Shown here one piece after another: positions 51,579 to 61,530 of a stretch of 64,000 nucleotides of DNA (position 1 is the stretch's first letter; the number at the start of each line of letters is the position of its first letter). Below the pieces are notes generated by a model. It saw only the letters and a program-made list of their open reading frames with translations. It was not told where the DNA came from and searched no databases. A program made the translations under genes and the position numbers. The DNA is from an uncultured Planctomycetales bacterium (GTDB lineage: Bacteria > Omnitrophota > Gorgyraeia > Gygaellales > Profunditerraquicolaceae), in NCBI GenBank assembly GCA_964467905.1, contig CAYXSY010000005.1:9800-73799 (forward strand). The letters are read 5' to 3'.

Positions 51579-52772
51579 ATGACATTTGGCAGAAAACATA
51601 AAGTTTATCTTGATCATAATGCTACTACGCCGCTCCATCCGGAAGTAAAGAAGGCTATTCTTGAAGCTGCGGAGGTGTTCGGTAACCCCTCTAGCCTCCA
51701 TGAGTTTGGCAGGACCGCGCATAAACTGCTGGAGGATTCACGCGAAATAATCGCTAATTTTATCGGAGCGCACTCTGATGAAGTTATTTTTGTAGGTAGC
51801 GGATCAGAGGCAAATAATACGATAGTAAATCTGCTTTCCTGCCCCGGGGCATCCAGCTGCACACATCCTATTTTTGGTAAAGTAAGAAATCAGATTATTA
51901 CTACTAAGATAGAGCATCCTTGTGTCTTAGAGTCTGTTGCCTGTGCACAAGGCAGGGGCATTAATGTTACCTATATAGGCGTTGATAAATACGGAAAAAT
52001 AGATTTTGAAGAATTAAAAAGCAACTTATCCGAGAACACAGCTTTTATTTCGGTAATGATGGCAAATAATGAAATCGGTACCATCCAGGATATTAAGAAA
52101 ATTACCCAGCTTGCCCACGAGCACGGCATATTAATGCATACCGACGCAGTGCAGGCAGTAGGCAAGATTCCGGTTGATGTAAATGATCTCGGAGTTGATT
52201 ATCTTTCTTTCTCGGCACATAAGATTTACGGGCCCAAAGGAGTAGGTGCTCTTTATGTACGTAAGGGTAGCTCTTTTTGTCCTTTTATCCGCGGTGGACA
52301 TCAGGAAAAGGGTAGGCGCGCAGGGACTGAAAATACCTTAGGTGTCGCCGGCTTTGCCAAGGCTATCCAGATGCGAAAAGTTGAAATGGATGATGAAGCA
52401 AGAAGATTACTAGTCTTAAAAAATAAACTTAAGGATGGCATTACTAAAAATATCACTGATATTGAATTTAACGGTCATCCTATTGATTGTCTTGTCACTA
52501 CCTTAAATGTCTCTTTTAACGGTGCAGAAGGAGAATCGATCTTGCTTTATTTGGATCTAGAAGGTATTGCTGTGTCTACCGGCTCTGCCTGTGCTTCTGG
52601 TTCACTTGATCCCTCACACGTACTTATTGCTACAGGGATTTCTGCAGGGCAGGCGCATGGCTCAGTTAGGATGAGCTTAGGTAGAGACACGAATGAAAAA
52701 GATATCGACTATGTAATTAAAACCTTAACCAAGGTTATAGAGAAAGTAAGAAAGATATCTAGCGTTAGCTAA
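51579..52772 (+). CDS. nifS: cysteine desulfurase NifS/IscS
   Basis: The motif YLDHNATTP, the PLP-Lys motif SAHKIYGPKG and the catalytic loop STGSACASGS are present. Confidence 0.9.
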   Translation: MTFGRKHKVYLDHNATTPLHPEVKKAILEAAEVFGNPSSLHEFGRTAHKLLEDSREIIANFIGAHSDEVIFVGSGSEANNTIVNLLSCPGASSCTHPIFGKVRNQIITTKIEHPCVLESVACAQGRGINVTYIGVDKYGKIDFEELKSNLSENTAFISVMMANNEIGTIQDIKKITQLAHEHGILMHTDAVQAVGKIPVDVNDLGVDYLSFSAHKIYGPKGVGALYVRKGSSFCPFIRGGHQEKGRRAGTENTLGVAGFAKAIQMRKVEMDDEARRLLVLKNKLKDGITKNITDIEFNGHPIDCLVTTLNVSFNGAEGESILLYLDLEGIAVSTGSACASGSLDPSHVLIATGISAGQAHGSVRMSLGRDTNEKDIDYVIKTLTKVIEKVRKISSVS

Positions 52773-52781
52773 AAGGCATAT

Positions 52782-53393
52782 ATGGATAAACCTGTTGATT
52801 GGCTGTATACCGAGAAAGTAAAAGATCATTTCATGCATCCGCGCAATCTCCTGATGGATGAGTCGAGCTTTGCCGCTGATGGCCGGGGTGTAATCGGAAA
52901 TATTAAATGCGGTGATGAGATGGTAGTATTAATTAAGGTAGATAAAGAAAAAGGGGTTATTACCGATTGCAAGTGGAAAACCTACGGCTGCGCCAGCGCA
53001 ATCGCCTCGACTTCGGTTCTATCGGAAATGGCAATAGGTAAAACCTTGGATCAGGCCTATCAGATTTCTTCACATGATATTGCCCGCGAACTGGGAAGCT
53101 TGCCTGAACATAAGATCCATTGTTCGGTGTTAGGGGATAAGGCGCTTAGGGCAGCCATTGAAGATTATTACCAGCGTAATGGGATGACTGATAAGATTAA
53201 AAGTCAAAAAGAGCACATTATCTGCCAGTGTTTAGGGATTACCGATGCTGATATAGAGAATGCAGTATTGGAAGGAGTAAGGGATTATCTCCAGCTACAA
53301 GAACATACCAAAATTGGCACTGTCTGCGGCAAATGCAAAGATAAATCAATCCAAGTCATGGAGCAGTATATCCAGAAGTATTTCAATAAATAA
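52782..53393 (+). CDS. nifU: NifU-like Fe-S scaffold (IscU-type N-domain + BFD-like [2Fe-2S] domain; lacks the C-terminal Nfu domain)
   Basis: The scaffold Cys residues are in GNIKCGDEM, TYGCASAIAS and HCSVLG. The BFD-like motif is ICQCLGITD...GTVCGKCK. Confidence 0.85.
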   Translation: MDKPVDWLYTEKVKDHFMHPRNLLMDESSFAADGRGVIGNIKCGDEMVVLIKVDKEKGVITDCKWKTYGCASAIASTSVLSEMAIGKTLDQAYQISSHDIARELGSLPEHKIHCSVLGDKALRAAIEDYYQRNGMTDKIKSQKEHIICQCLGITDADIENAVLEGVRDYLQLQEHTKIGTVCGKCKDKSIQVMEQYIQKYFNK

Positions 53394-53427
53394 CTTTCTA
53401 GTGGCAAACCTCTTTTTTAAAAAAACC

Positions 53428-53457
53428 TTGACATAGGGTAGGGGGGTATGGTATATT
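53428..53457 (+). promoter_or_regulatory. promoter TTGACA-N18-TATATT with an embedded G-tract CsoR-type operator candidate
   Basis: ttgaca lies at 53428-53433 and tatatt at 53452-53457. The spacer ATAGGGTAGGGGGGTATGGTA resembles, from memory, the GC-rich pseudo-palindromic CsoR boxes (TACCC-N-GGGGGTA). Confidence 0.5.
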
Positions 53458-53480
53458 GCATGGTGGAGGTTAAAAGAACT

Positions 53481-53756
53481 ATGCATCAGCATGCTACTCA
53501 TGAGGAACAATTAGAGTTTTTAAAGAAGATAGAAGGTCAGGTGCGCGGTATCGAAAGGATGATTACAGAAAAAAGATATTGCGTGGATATTATTACTCAA
53601 CTTTATTCTGTTATTGGTGCCCTGCGTAAGGTAAAAGACGGCATATTCAAGAAGCATATCGAAAGTTGTGTAGTCGGGGCGCTACAAGGAAGATCAGAAG
53701 CAGAGAAACAGAAAAAGATTTCCGAGGTTATGGAGCTTATTTCTAAGCTAAGGTGA
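53481..53756 (+). CDS. csoR: CsoR/RcnR family metal-sensing repressor (C-H-C ligand set, copper type)
   Basis: The block GQVRGIERMITEKRYCVDIITQLYSVIGALRKV...KKHIESC carries Cys, His and Cys at the expected ligand positions. The start is moved to 53481, because the track ATG at 53448 lies inside the promoter. Confidence 0.8.
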   Translation: MHQHATHEEQLEFLKKIEGQVRGIERMITEKRYCVDIITQLYSVIGALRKVKDGIFKKHIESCVVGALQGRSEAEKQKKISEVMELISKLR

Positions 53757-53773
53757 TCTATATAGAGGACAGG

Positions 53774-55045
53774 ATGGCAGCCTTATTCAAAAGTACTCTG
53801 AAGGTAGTGATTATATTAGGTGCGGTATTTTTGTTAAATAGATATGCTGCTGCGCAAAGTTCTTCTCAAGGCCTAACCAGTCTTATTGAAGAAGGTCTAA
53901 AGAATAATCCTCAGATTCAGGCTGCTTACAATAATTGGCAGGCTGCCAGATACAGAATAGCGCAGGTATCGAGTTTGCCGGATCCGATGGTAAACTATTC
54001 CTATTTCGGTGAAAATATAGAAACAAGGGTCGGACCGGAAAAAGATAAGTATGGAGTTTCTCAAAAAATTCCCTTTCCCGGTAAACTTGATCTTAAGGCA
54101 AAATCACAGATAAAGAATGCCCAAATGTTTAAGGAAGGCTATGAAGCGGCAAAGAGGGAGCTGATAAAGAATATTAAATTTACCTATTATGATATTTTCT
54201 GGATCGATAAAGCCATAGAAATAACCGAAAGCGAAAAGGCTATACTTGAGAATCTGGAACAAGCTGCAAGCAAGAGATATGAGACTAACCTTAGCCCTCA
54301 GCAGGATGTTATCAAAGCCCAGGTTGAGATTACCAAAATGATTAACAAGATTTTTGTTCTTGAAGAAAATAGGAATAATCTGGTGGCAAAGTTAAATAGT
54401 CTTCTGAATCGTCCCGAAGGTACACCTTTAGATAAGCTTGCATCATTTAAGCTAACCACTTTTGATTATGACAAACAGGGATTGGAGGAAATGGCTAAGC
54501 AATCACGCCAGGAATTATTGGCTGCGGGGCTTGCCGTCCAACGCGCAGAATACGAAAGGTCCCTGGCAAAATTAGATTATTTTCCCGATTTAACTCTCGG
54601 CTTCGATTATTTTAATATAGAAAGCGGCCATACTAATGCCCATAATGACGGCCAAGATGCCTGGTCCGGAACCATTGCTTTTAATGTCCCGCTTTGGTTC
54701 GGAAAATTGTCTGCTCAGTTAAAAGAGAAAAAGGCAATGCTTGAGGCGAGTAAAAATGATTACCAGAATATCGAAAATAGCGTTTCTTATGAGTTAGATG
54801 ATGTTTATTTCAAGATCAAAACCTATAAAGAAATAGTTTTACTCTATGAAACTGCGCTTATCCCTCAGACCGAACAGGCCTTTGATGCCGCTAAAACCGC
54901 CTATGAAACACAAAAGGTGGATTTCTTAAGTTGGTTAGATTCTGAGCGCGTGCTGTTACAGACCAGGCTTGCTTATTACAAATCGATAGTTGATTATGAA
55001 AAGTCTATTGCTTATCTGGAAAGAATAGTCGGCAGGGATTTATAA
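53774..55045 (+). CDS. TolC-family outer membrane efflux protein (CusC-like)
   Basis: It has a signal peptide (AALFKSTLKVVIILGAVFLLNRYAAAQ) and two OEP repeats. It is the first gene of an RND tripartite operon. Confidence 0.8.
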   Translation: MAALFKSTLKVVIILGAVFLLNRYAAAQSSSQGLTSLIEEGLKNNPQIQAAYNNWQAARYRIAQVSSLPDPMVNYSYFGENIETRVGPEKDKYGVSQKIPFPGKLDLKAKSQIKNAQMFKEGYEAAKRELIKNIKFTYYDIFWIDKAIEITESEKAILENLEQAASKRYETNLSPQQDVIKAQVEITKMINKIFVLEENRNNLVAKLNSLLNRPEGTPLDKLASFKLTTFDYDKQGLEEMAKQSRQELLAAGLAVQRAEYERSLAKLDYFPDLTLGFDYFNIESGHTNAHNDGQDAWSGTIAFNVPLWFGKLSAQLKEKKAMLEASKNDYQNIENSVSYELDDVYFKIKTYKEIVLLYETALIPQTEQAFDAAKTAYETQKVDFLSWLDSERVLLQTRLAYYKSIVDYEKSIAYLERIVGRDL

Positions 55046-55062
55046 TAGAAGAGGAGCCGTAA

Positions 55063-56253
55063 ATGAAGAAAAAGATAGCCTTTCTGATCCTAGTCCCGAT
55101 TTTTATTATTGCCGTAGCTGTTATTTTCTGGAAAACGGCTCAAAAACCAGAAGCTGCCATTTGGGGATCTTCGGATGGGGCAGACAAGAGCAGGCAGGCA
55201 GAGAATGATGGGACTAAGGCAAGAAAAATAATTTTTTATCGTAATCCAATGAATCCATCTATTACCTCTAAGGTCCCGGCAAAAGACCAGATGGGCATGG
55301 ATTACATTCCCGTTTATGAAGAGGAAGAGACAGTCGTAGCATCAGATCGGGTAATTAGCAAAGTAAAAATAAAGAAAGCAGAGGCACAGCTTGCAGACGT
55401 AGAGACGCAGCCTGTTGCCAAGGGCAGGCTCTATAAAGAAATCCGCACTGTGGGCAAGGTTGCTTATGACCCTGCTCTTACTATCGCCGAGGAGGAGTTT
55501 GTTTCAAGCTTAAAGGCTTACGATAAGATTAAGCAAGGAGATATTGCTGAAATAAAAGAAAGGGCAACCAATCTTGTTGATGCGGCAAAGAAAAAGCTTA
55601 TGTTGCTAGGTCTAAGCGAAGAGCAGATTGTTGAATTAGAAGATACCAGGCAGCTGCATTCAAATTTGGTCTTGCCTCAAAGTAAGATGTGGGTTTATGG
55701 AGAGTTATATGAATACGAGCTGGGTTGGGTAAAAAGAGGAGAGAAGGTAAAGATAACTACTTTGAGTCTCCCGGGTGAGGAATTCGAAGGGATAATTGCT
55801 TCTTTGAACCCTGTGCTTGATCCTAAGACACGCTCTGTTACCTTCCGCGTAGAAGTAGAAAACCCCGGATTAAAATTAAAGCCCGAAATGTATGTCGACG
55901 TGGATATCATGAGTGCTTACTTGGGTCCAGAGGGTCAAGAGGAGAACTTATTTATTCCCAAAAATGCAGTTTTGGATACAGGGAAAAGAAAGATTGTTTG
56001 GGTTGATAAAGGCGATGGAGAATACGAAGGTATAGAGGTGGCCGTTGGCCCAGAAGCCATATTTGAAAAAGATAATATGAAGATGAATGTTTATCCTGTG
56101 TTAAATGGGCTCAAAGAAGGTGTTTTAGTAGTTAGCAAAGCCAATTTTCTCATTGATTCTCAGAGTCAGATTTCCGGGGTGGCAGCTTCGGCTTATGGTG
56201 GAGCACTCGGTGCCGGAGATAAAGAAGTAAAAGGTGCTGGATCCGAAGATTAA
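55063..56253 (+). CDS. cusB: RND efflux periplasmic adaptor, CusB-like
   Basis: The N-terminal motif YRNPMNPSITSKVPAKDQMGMDYIPVY parallels the PM-x-P...M-x-M-D-L-x-P segment I recall from CusB. The lipoyl and beta-barrel MFP domains follow. Confidence 0.75.
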   Translation: MKKKIAFLILVPIFIIAVAVIFWKTAQKPEAAIWGSSDGADKSRQAENDGTKARKIIFYRNPMNPSITSKVPAKDQMGMDYIPVYEEEETVVASDRVISKVKIKKAEAQLADVETQPVAKGRLYKEIRTVGKVAYDPALTIAEEEFVSSLKAYDKIKQGDIAEIKERATNLVDAAKKKLMLLGLSEEQIVELEDTRQLHSNLVLPQSKMWVYGELYEYELGWVKRGEKVKITTLSLPGEEFEGIIASLNPVLDPKTRSVTFRVEVENPGLKLKPEMYVDVDIMSAYLGPEGQEENLFIPKNAVLDTGKRKIVWVDKGDGEYEGIEVAVGPEAIFEKDNMKMNVYPVLNGLKEGVLVVSKANFLIDSQSQISGVAASAYGGALGAGDKEVKGAGSED

Positions 56254-56274
56254 TATTCCCCAGAGGATAATAAT

Positions 56275-59200
56275 ATGATCAATAAGGTAATTGAGATATG
56301 TCTTAAGAACAGGTTTCTTGTGATTGCGACATTTGTCTTGGTTATCTTTTGGGGTTTCAATGCAATGGAAGAAACGCCAGTTGATGCCATCCCTGATATC
56401 GGAGAGCTGCAGGTTATAGTTTATGCTGATTGGCCAGGCAGGAGTCCTAGGGATGTAGAAGATCAGGTTATTTACCCATTAACTACTGGCCTCATGGGTA
56501 CGCCTAAAGTAAAAGTAGTGCGTTCTATTTCAAGCTTCGGTTTTGGCTTGGTTAATATGATCTTTAAAGAAGGGACAGATTTCTACTGGGCAAGAACCAG
56601 GGTTCTAGAAAGGCTTAATTTTGCCACTAAAGATATTCCGAAAGATACGGTTGTAACCTTAGGCCCGGATGCTACTGCTTTAGGTCAGATATTCTGGTAT
56701 ACGCTAGAGGGGAAAGGCTACAGTTTAGATGAACTGCGTTCAATCCAGGATTGGTATGTTCGTTATCAGCTTACCTCAGTTGAAGGGGTTGCAGAAGTTG
56801 CTTCGGTAGGGGGGTATGTCAAACAATACCAGATTGATATCGATCCCAACAAGCTTCTTGCCTATGATGTAAAACTAAACGAAGTAATCAATGCTGTCAG
56901 GCGTTCCAATATAGATGTGGGGGCTAAGGTATTTGAGGAGGCAGGACAAGAATTTATTGTCAGGGGCTTAGGATTTATAAAAAATATACCGGATATAGAG
57001 AATATTGTAGTAGGCAGTAAAAATGGCGTGCCTATTTATATTAAGAATATTGCTAATGTATCTTTAGGTCCGGAGTTCAGAAGAGGAGCCCTTGATAAAA
57101 ACGGCAAGGAAGTGACTGGTGGCGTGGTATTGATGCGTTATGGGCAGAATCCTCTTAGGGTTATCGAAAATGTAAAAAATAAAATAAAAGAGTTATCTGT
57201 TGGGCTCCCGCCCGGAGTAAAGATTGTTCCGTTTTATGACCGTACTGGGCTCATTGAGCGCGCCATAGGCACCTTAAAAACTGCTTTAACCCAGGAAATA
57301 ATTATTACGGTTTTTATTATTATTATTTTTCTCTTACATCTCTGGGGGAGTGTCGTAATTTCTATAGTTTTACCTATCGGCATCCTGATCGCCTTTATAT
57401 TAATGCGTTTAGTTGGGGTGGATGCCAATATTATGTCTCTGGGGGGCATTGCCATAGCTATCGGTGTAATGGTTGATTCAGGGTGTGTATTAGTTGAGAA
57501 TATCTATCGTAAGATTGCCGAAAGAAGAGAGGAAAAAAGAGTAAATAAGCTTCCTGCCGAAGAACGACTTAGTGTCTGTACTAGCGCAGCTCAGGAGGTA
57601 GGCAAGCCTGTTCTCTTTGCATTGTTGACGACTATAATTGGCTTTGTTCCCGTTTTTGTCTTAACCGGACAGGCGGGGAAACTTTTTAGGCCACTTGCCT
57701 TTACTAAGACATTTGCTATGGTGGGAGCAGCAATAATTGCGCTTACCTTAATGCCTACGCTTTGCTATCTTCTCTTAAAGGGAAGGCTGCGGCCGCTTGA
57801 CCAGAACAAAACAGCCAAGCTGCTCCATAAGATTTATAAGCCGATTATAGGTTGGTCGCTAATTCATAAGTCCAAGATAATCATTATTTCCATAGCTATA
57901 GTAATTTTAGGGCTTGTTTGTGGTTCATTAATGAAACAGGAATTTATGCCGCCTTTAAATGAAGGCGATCTTTTGTTCATGCCTGTGCTTTTGCCAGGGG
58001 CATCTTTAACTGAAGTCACAGAGATTGTTAAAAAACAAGATATCGTTATCAAGAATGATTTTCCTGATGAAATAGAATGGGCGGTAGGTAAGGTTGGGCG
58101 CGCAGAAACAGCAACCGATCCTGCCCCTGTGGTGATGATTGAAACAATAGTGCATCTTAAGGACAAGAAATACTGGCGCAAGGGGTTAACTCGCGAGAAG
58201 CTCATTCAAGAAATTCAGGAAAAGACGCGCATGCCGGGCGTTAGTCCGATTATGACCCAGCCGATTAGAAACAGAATCGATATGCTTGCTACGGGTATAC
58301 AGACGCCGGTGGGAATTAAAGTTTTTGGCCCTAATTTGAATAAGATTGTTGAAATTGCCTCAGAGATCGAAAAGATTGTTAGCAATGTTAAGGGGGCGGT
58401 AAGTCCATATGCAGAGAGAATTTCTAACCGGCCATATTTCGAGATAGAAATTGACCGGCAGCAAGCTGCAAGATACGGTTTGAAAGTTGAAGATATCCAG
58501 GATATCGTGATGACAGCAATAGGAGGTATGAACCTTACCACTACTGTTGAAGGTAGAGAACGTTATCCGGTAAGGGTAAGGTATTTAAGAGAGCTCAGGG
58601 ATAGTCCGGAGGCCTTGGAGAGGATTTTTGTCCCCACCCCTAAAGGAGAGCATATTCCTTTGGTGCAGTTAGCTAAGTTAAGAAAAGTCCCGGGTCCAGC
58701 GGTGATTAATTCCGAAAACACGCTTACCTACGCGCGTATTTTTGTCAATGTTAACCAGGAGAAAGTCGGCCTGATAGATTTTGTAAAAAATGCCCAAAAG
58801 GCGGTGCAGGATAAAATTAAGAGCAAAGAACTAGTGCTTCCTGCGGGTTACTTTATCAGCTGGTCTGGGCAGTTTGAATCAGAAATGGAATCAAGAAAGA
58901 GGCTCCTGCCTTCTTTATTGATAGCCCTTACGGTTATTCTTATTTTATTATATATGGCATTTAAGAAAGTGAGCACTCTTTTTATACTTTCGACTGGTCT
59001 GCCCGTTTCCTTGATGGGTGGCATTATCCTGCTTTATCTGCTTAATTTCAGGTTCTCAACTGCGGTATGGGTGGGATTTATCGCTTTGTTCGGAGTAGCT
59101 ACCGATAATGCAGTAGTATTGGTTGCTTTTTTAGATGATTTGTTCGCAAAAAAAGTTCCGCAGTCAGTGGAAGAGATACGTCAGACAGTTATCGCAGGTT

Positions 59201-59436
59201 GCCTTTTAAGGATCAGGCCGATTATGATGACAACCATGACCACGATCATTGCTCTTATCCCAGTTATGCTTTCTACCGGTACAGGCTCAGAAATCATGAA
59301 GCCCATGGCTTCTCCTACAGTCGGAGGCTTGGTTACTGCTACGTTATCAAACTTGCTTCTTGTGCCTTCATTGTATTGTTGGGTTAAAGAAAGGGCATTT
59401 GGCAAAGCGTTGGTAAAAGAAAAAAGGGGGATATAA
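56275..59436 (+). CDS. cusA: heavy-metal efflux RND transporter, CusA/CzcA family
   Basis: A 1053-aa, 12-TM RND protein. The TM4 motif GGIAIAIGVMVDSGCVLVENI resembles the CusA-type AIG-x-MVD. Confidence 0.85.
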   Translation: MINKVIEICLKNRFLVIATFVLVIFWGFNAMEETPVDAIPDIGELQVIVYADWPGRSPRDVEDQVIYPLTTGLMGTPKVKVVRSISSFGFGLVNMIFKEGTDFYWARTRVLERLNFATKDIPKDTVVTLGPDATALGQIFWYTLEGKGYSLDELRSIQDWYVRYQLTSVEGVAEVASVGGYVKQYQIDIDPNKLLAYDVKLNEVINAVRRSNIDVGAKVFEEAGQEFIVRGLGFIKNIPDIENIVVGSKNGVPIYIKNIANVSLGPEFRRGALDKNGKEVTGGVVLMRYGQNPLRVIENVKNKIKELSVGLPPGVKIVPFYDRTGLIERAIGTLKTALTQEIIITVFIIIIFLLHLWGSVVISIVLPIGILIAFILMRLVGVDANIMSLGGIAIAIGVMVDSGCVLVENIYRKIAERREEKRVNKLPAEERLSVCTSAAQEVGKPVLFALLTTIIGFVPVFVLTGQAGKLFRPLAFTKTFAMVGAAIIALTLMPTLCYLLLKGRLRPLDQNKTAKLLHKIYKPIIGWSLIHKSKIIIISIAIVILGLVCGSLMKQEFMPPLNEGDLLFMPVLLPGASLTEVTEIVKKQDIVIKNDFPDEIEWAVGKVGRAETATDPAPVVMIETIVHLKDKKYWRKGLTREKLIQEIQEKTRMPGVSPIMTQPIRNRIDMLATGIQTPVGIKVFGPNLNKIVEIASEIEKIVSNVKGAVSPYAERISNRPYFEIEIDRQQAARYGLKVEDIQDIVMTAIGGMNLTTTVEGRERYPVRVRYLRELRDSPEALERIFVPTPKGEHIPLVQLAKLRKVPGPAVINSENTLTYARIFVNVNQEKVGLIDFVKNAQKAVQDKIKSKELVLPAGYFISWSGQFESEMESRKRLLPSLLIALTVILILLYMAFKKVSTLFILSTGLPVSLMGGIILLYLLNFRFSTAVWVGFIALFGVATDNAVVLVAFLDDLFAKKVPQSVEEIRQTVIAGCLLRIRPIMMTTMTTIIALIPVMLSTGTGSEIMKPMASPTVGGLVTATLSNLLLVPSLYCWVKERAFGKALVKEKRGI

Positions 59437-59798
59437 TGGGAAAGTCATATTTAGTATTAGTAGGATTAATTGTAGTTTTTAGTTTAGTTATCTTAGATAA
59501 TAGCTACAGCGCGCAGAGTAATAATGAGAGTGATGACAAAAATGTTTCTCAAGAGAAAGCGGTAAATGTGGGGAATAAAATTTGTCCGGTTTCCGGAGAT
59601 AAGATAAATGAAAAAACAAAGGCCACCTATGAATACAAGGGTAGGGTTTATAATTTCTGTTGTCCAGCTTGTATTGAAGAATTCAAAAAATATCCCGAGA
59701 AATACATCAAGAAGATAGAGGATGAACTGCAGCAAAATACCGAAGAGAAAATCAAGCCAGCCCCTCATATGCAGATGAATAGAGAAGAAGAACAATAG
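59436..59798 (+). CDS. exported YHS/TRASH-domain metal-binding protein (occupies the CusF position)
   Basis: It has a signal peptide (MGKSYLVLVGLIVVFSLVILDNSYSAQ). The YHS motif is CPVSGDKINEKTKATYEYKGRVYNFCCPACIEEFKKYPEKY. The start overlaps the cusA stop. Confidence 0.75.
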   Translation: MGKSYLVLVGLIVVFSLVILDNSYSAQSNNESDDKNVSQEKAVNVGNKICPVSGDKINEKTKATYEYKGRVYNFCCPACIEEFKKYPEKYIKKIEDELQQNTEEKIKPAPHMQMNREEEQ

Positions 59799-59841
59799 CA
59801 TTAAGAATTATTACTCACCCTGAAATAAATAAAGATTTTTC

Positions 59842-59869
59842 TTGACAGATTGTTATTTTCTTGTATACT
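59842..59869 (+). promoter_or_regulatory. promoter TTGACA-N16-TATACT followed by the palindrome ctcta-N9-tagag
   Basis: ttgaca lies at 59842-59847 and tatact at 59864-59869. The inverted repeat ctctactatatcaatagag (59868-59886) overlaps the end of the -10 element and the likely transcription start. It may be an Rrf2 operator. Confidence 0.5.
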
Positions 59870-59902
59870 CTACTATATCAATAGAGATTATAGAGAAAGA
59901 CT

Positions 59903-60343
59903 ATGCATATCACCTATAAGGGCGATTATGCCCTAAAGACAATATTAGATTTATCCGTGCATTATGGAAGGGGGCCGGTGACTATCCATGAGCTTGCTCG
60001 CCGCGCAGATATTCCTACAAAATTCTTAGAGCAGATACTGCTTGATTTAAAGCGCGGAGGCTTTGTGCAAAGTAAGCGCGGTAAAGTTGGCGGATATCTT
60101 TTGGCCAAGAAGCCATCACAGATAAGATTAGGAGAGGTGATTCGTTTTATCGACGGGCCGATAGAGCCAGTCAGCTGTGTAAATAAGAATTACCGTGGCT
60201 GTGTAGATGTCCCCGGCTGTGTCTTAAGAAAGGTATGGATTAAGGTCGCTGAGGCCACTTCTAGTATCGTAGATAATATAAGTTTTGAAGATTTAGCCAA
60301 GAAGGCAAGAGGCCCTAAGGAGGTCTTGGTTTATCAAATATGA
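59903..60343 (+). CDS. Rrf2 family transcriptional regulator (CymR/IscR-like)
   Basis: The N-terminus [31 protein letters not shown] is present, with three Cys residues in [18 protein letters not shown]. It heads the cysK cluster. Confidence 0.85.
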   Translation: MHITYKGDYALKTILDLSVHYGRGPVTIHELARRADIPTKFLEQILLDLKRGGFVQSKRGKVGGYLLAKKPSQIRLGEVIRFIDGPIEPVSCVNKNYRGCVDVPGCVLRKVWIKVAEATSSIVDNISFEDLAKKARGPKEVLVYQI

Positions 60344-61260
60344 AAATAGCTAAAGACATTACAGAATTAATCGGTAATACTCCCCTAGTGCGTTTAAATA
60401 AACTTACACAAGGTTGTCTTGCTACCGTGGTAGCAAAACTAGAATTTTATAATCCTTGTTCTTCTATCAAGGATAGGATTGGTTTGGCTATGATAGAGGC
60501 CGCAGAAAAAACAGGTCGGATAAATAAGGATACGATATTTATCGAGCCGACTTCGGGGAACACAGGTATTGCTTTGAGTTTTGTTTGTGCGGTTAAGGGT
60601 TATAAATTGATTTTGACTATGCCGGAAACTATGAGTGTTGAGCGCAGGAAGTTATTAAGTGCATTTGGTGCCGAAATTGTACTTACCCCTGGATCGGAAG
60701 GGATGAGTGGGGCGGTGCGTAAGGCCGAAGAATTAGCCAAAAGCAATAAGCGCTTTGTGATGTTGCAACAATTTAAAAACCCGGCTAATCCTGAGATACA
60801 TCGCCGTACTACTGCCAACGAAATATGGGTTGATACAGACGGTAAAGTTGATATTTTGGTTGCTGGCGTAGGTACAGGCGGAACGATTACAGGAATAGCC
60901 GAGGCGCTTAAGAAAAAGAAACCGGGTTTTCAAGCAATAGCAGTTGAACCAAAAGATTCTCCTGTTTTATCCGGAGGCAAAGCGGGTCCTCATAAGATAC
61001 AGGGTATAGGCGCTGGGTTTGTGCCGGATATCTTAAATACAAAAATAATCGATGAGATTATTCAGGTTGCCAATGAAGATGCAATTGCTACGGCAAGGGC
61101 TCTGGCGAAAGAAGAAGGCATATTGGCGGGTATTTCATCGGGCGCCGCGGTTTTTACGGCTTTGAAGGTAGCCCAGAGAAAGGAAAATAGGGATAAGCTT
61201 ATTGTGGTAATATTGCCCGATACAGGGGAGCGTTATCTAAGCACGGAGTTATTCACTTAA
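60340..61260 (+). CDS. cysK: cysteine synthase A (O-acetylserine sulfhydrylase)
   Basis: The motif [10 protein letters not shown], the PLP-Lys motif NPCSSIKDR, and the blocks [19 protein letters not shown] and ISSGAA are present. Confidence 0.9.
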   Translation: MKIAKDITELIGNTPLVRLNKLTQGCLATVVAKLEFYNPCSSIKDRIGLAMIEAAEKTGRINKDTIFIEPTSGNTGIALSFVCAVKGYKLILTMPETMSVERRKLLSAFGAEIVLTPGSEGMSGAVRKAEELAKSNKRFVMLQQFKNPANPEIHRRTTANEIWVDTDGKVDILVAGVGTGGTITGIAEALKKKKPGFQAIAVEPKDSPVLSGGKAGPHKIQGIGAGFVPDILNTKIIDEIIQVANEDAIATARALAKEEGILAGISSGAAVFTALKVAQRKENRDKLIVVILPDTGERYLSTELFT

Positions 61261-61278
61261 ATCAAGGAGGGTTTTAAA

Positions 61279-61500
61279 ATGAGAGAAAAAGTCGAAGCAG
61301 CATTAAATAAAATTCGTCCTATGCTACAGGCAGATGGTGGTAATATTGAGCTTGTCGATATTAGTAGCGATGGAGTAGTCAAGCTAAAACTTACAGGAGC
61401 CTGCGGATGTTGTCCTATGTCACAAATGACGCTTAAAATGGGAGTTGAGCGTATATTGAAACAGGAAGTGCCGGAAGTAAAAGAAGTTGTAGCTGTTTAA
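61279..61500 (+). CDS. NifU C-terminal (Nfu-type) domain protein
   Basis: A 73-aa protein with the pattern IRPMLQADGGNIELVDISSDGVVKLKLTGACGCCPMSQMTLK. Confidence 0.85.
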   Translation: MREKVEAALNKIRPMLQADGGNIELVDISSDGVVKLKLTGACGCCPMSQMTLKMGVERILKQEVPEVKEVVAV

Positions 61501-61530
61501 CAATAGGTTTGCTTGAAGAAAGGTTTAGAA

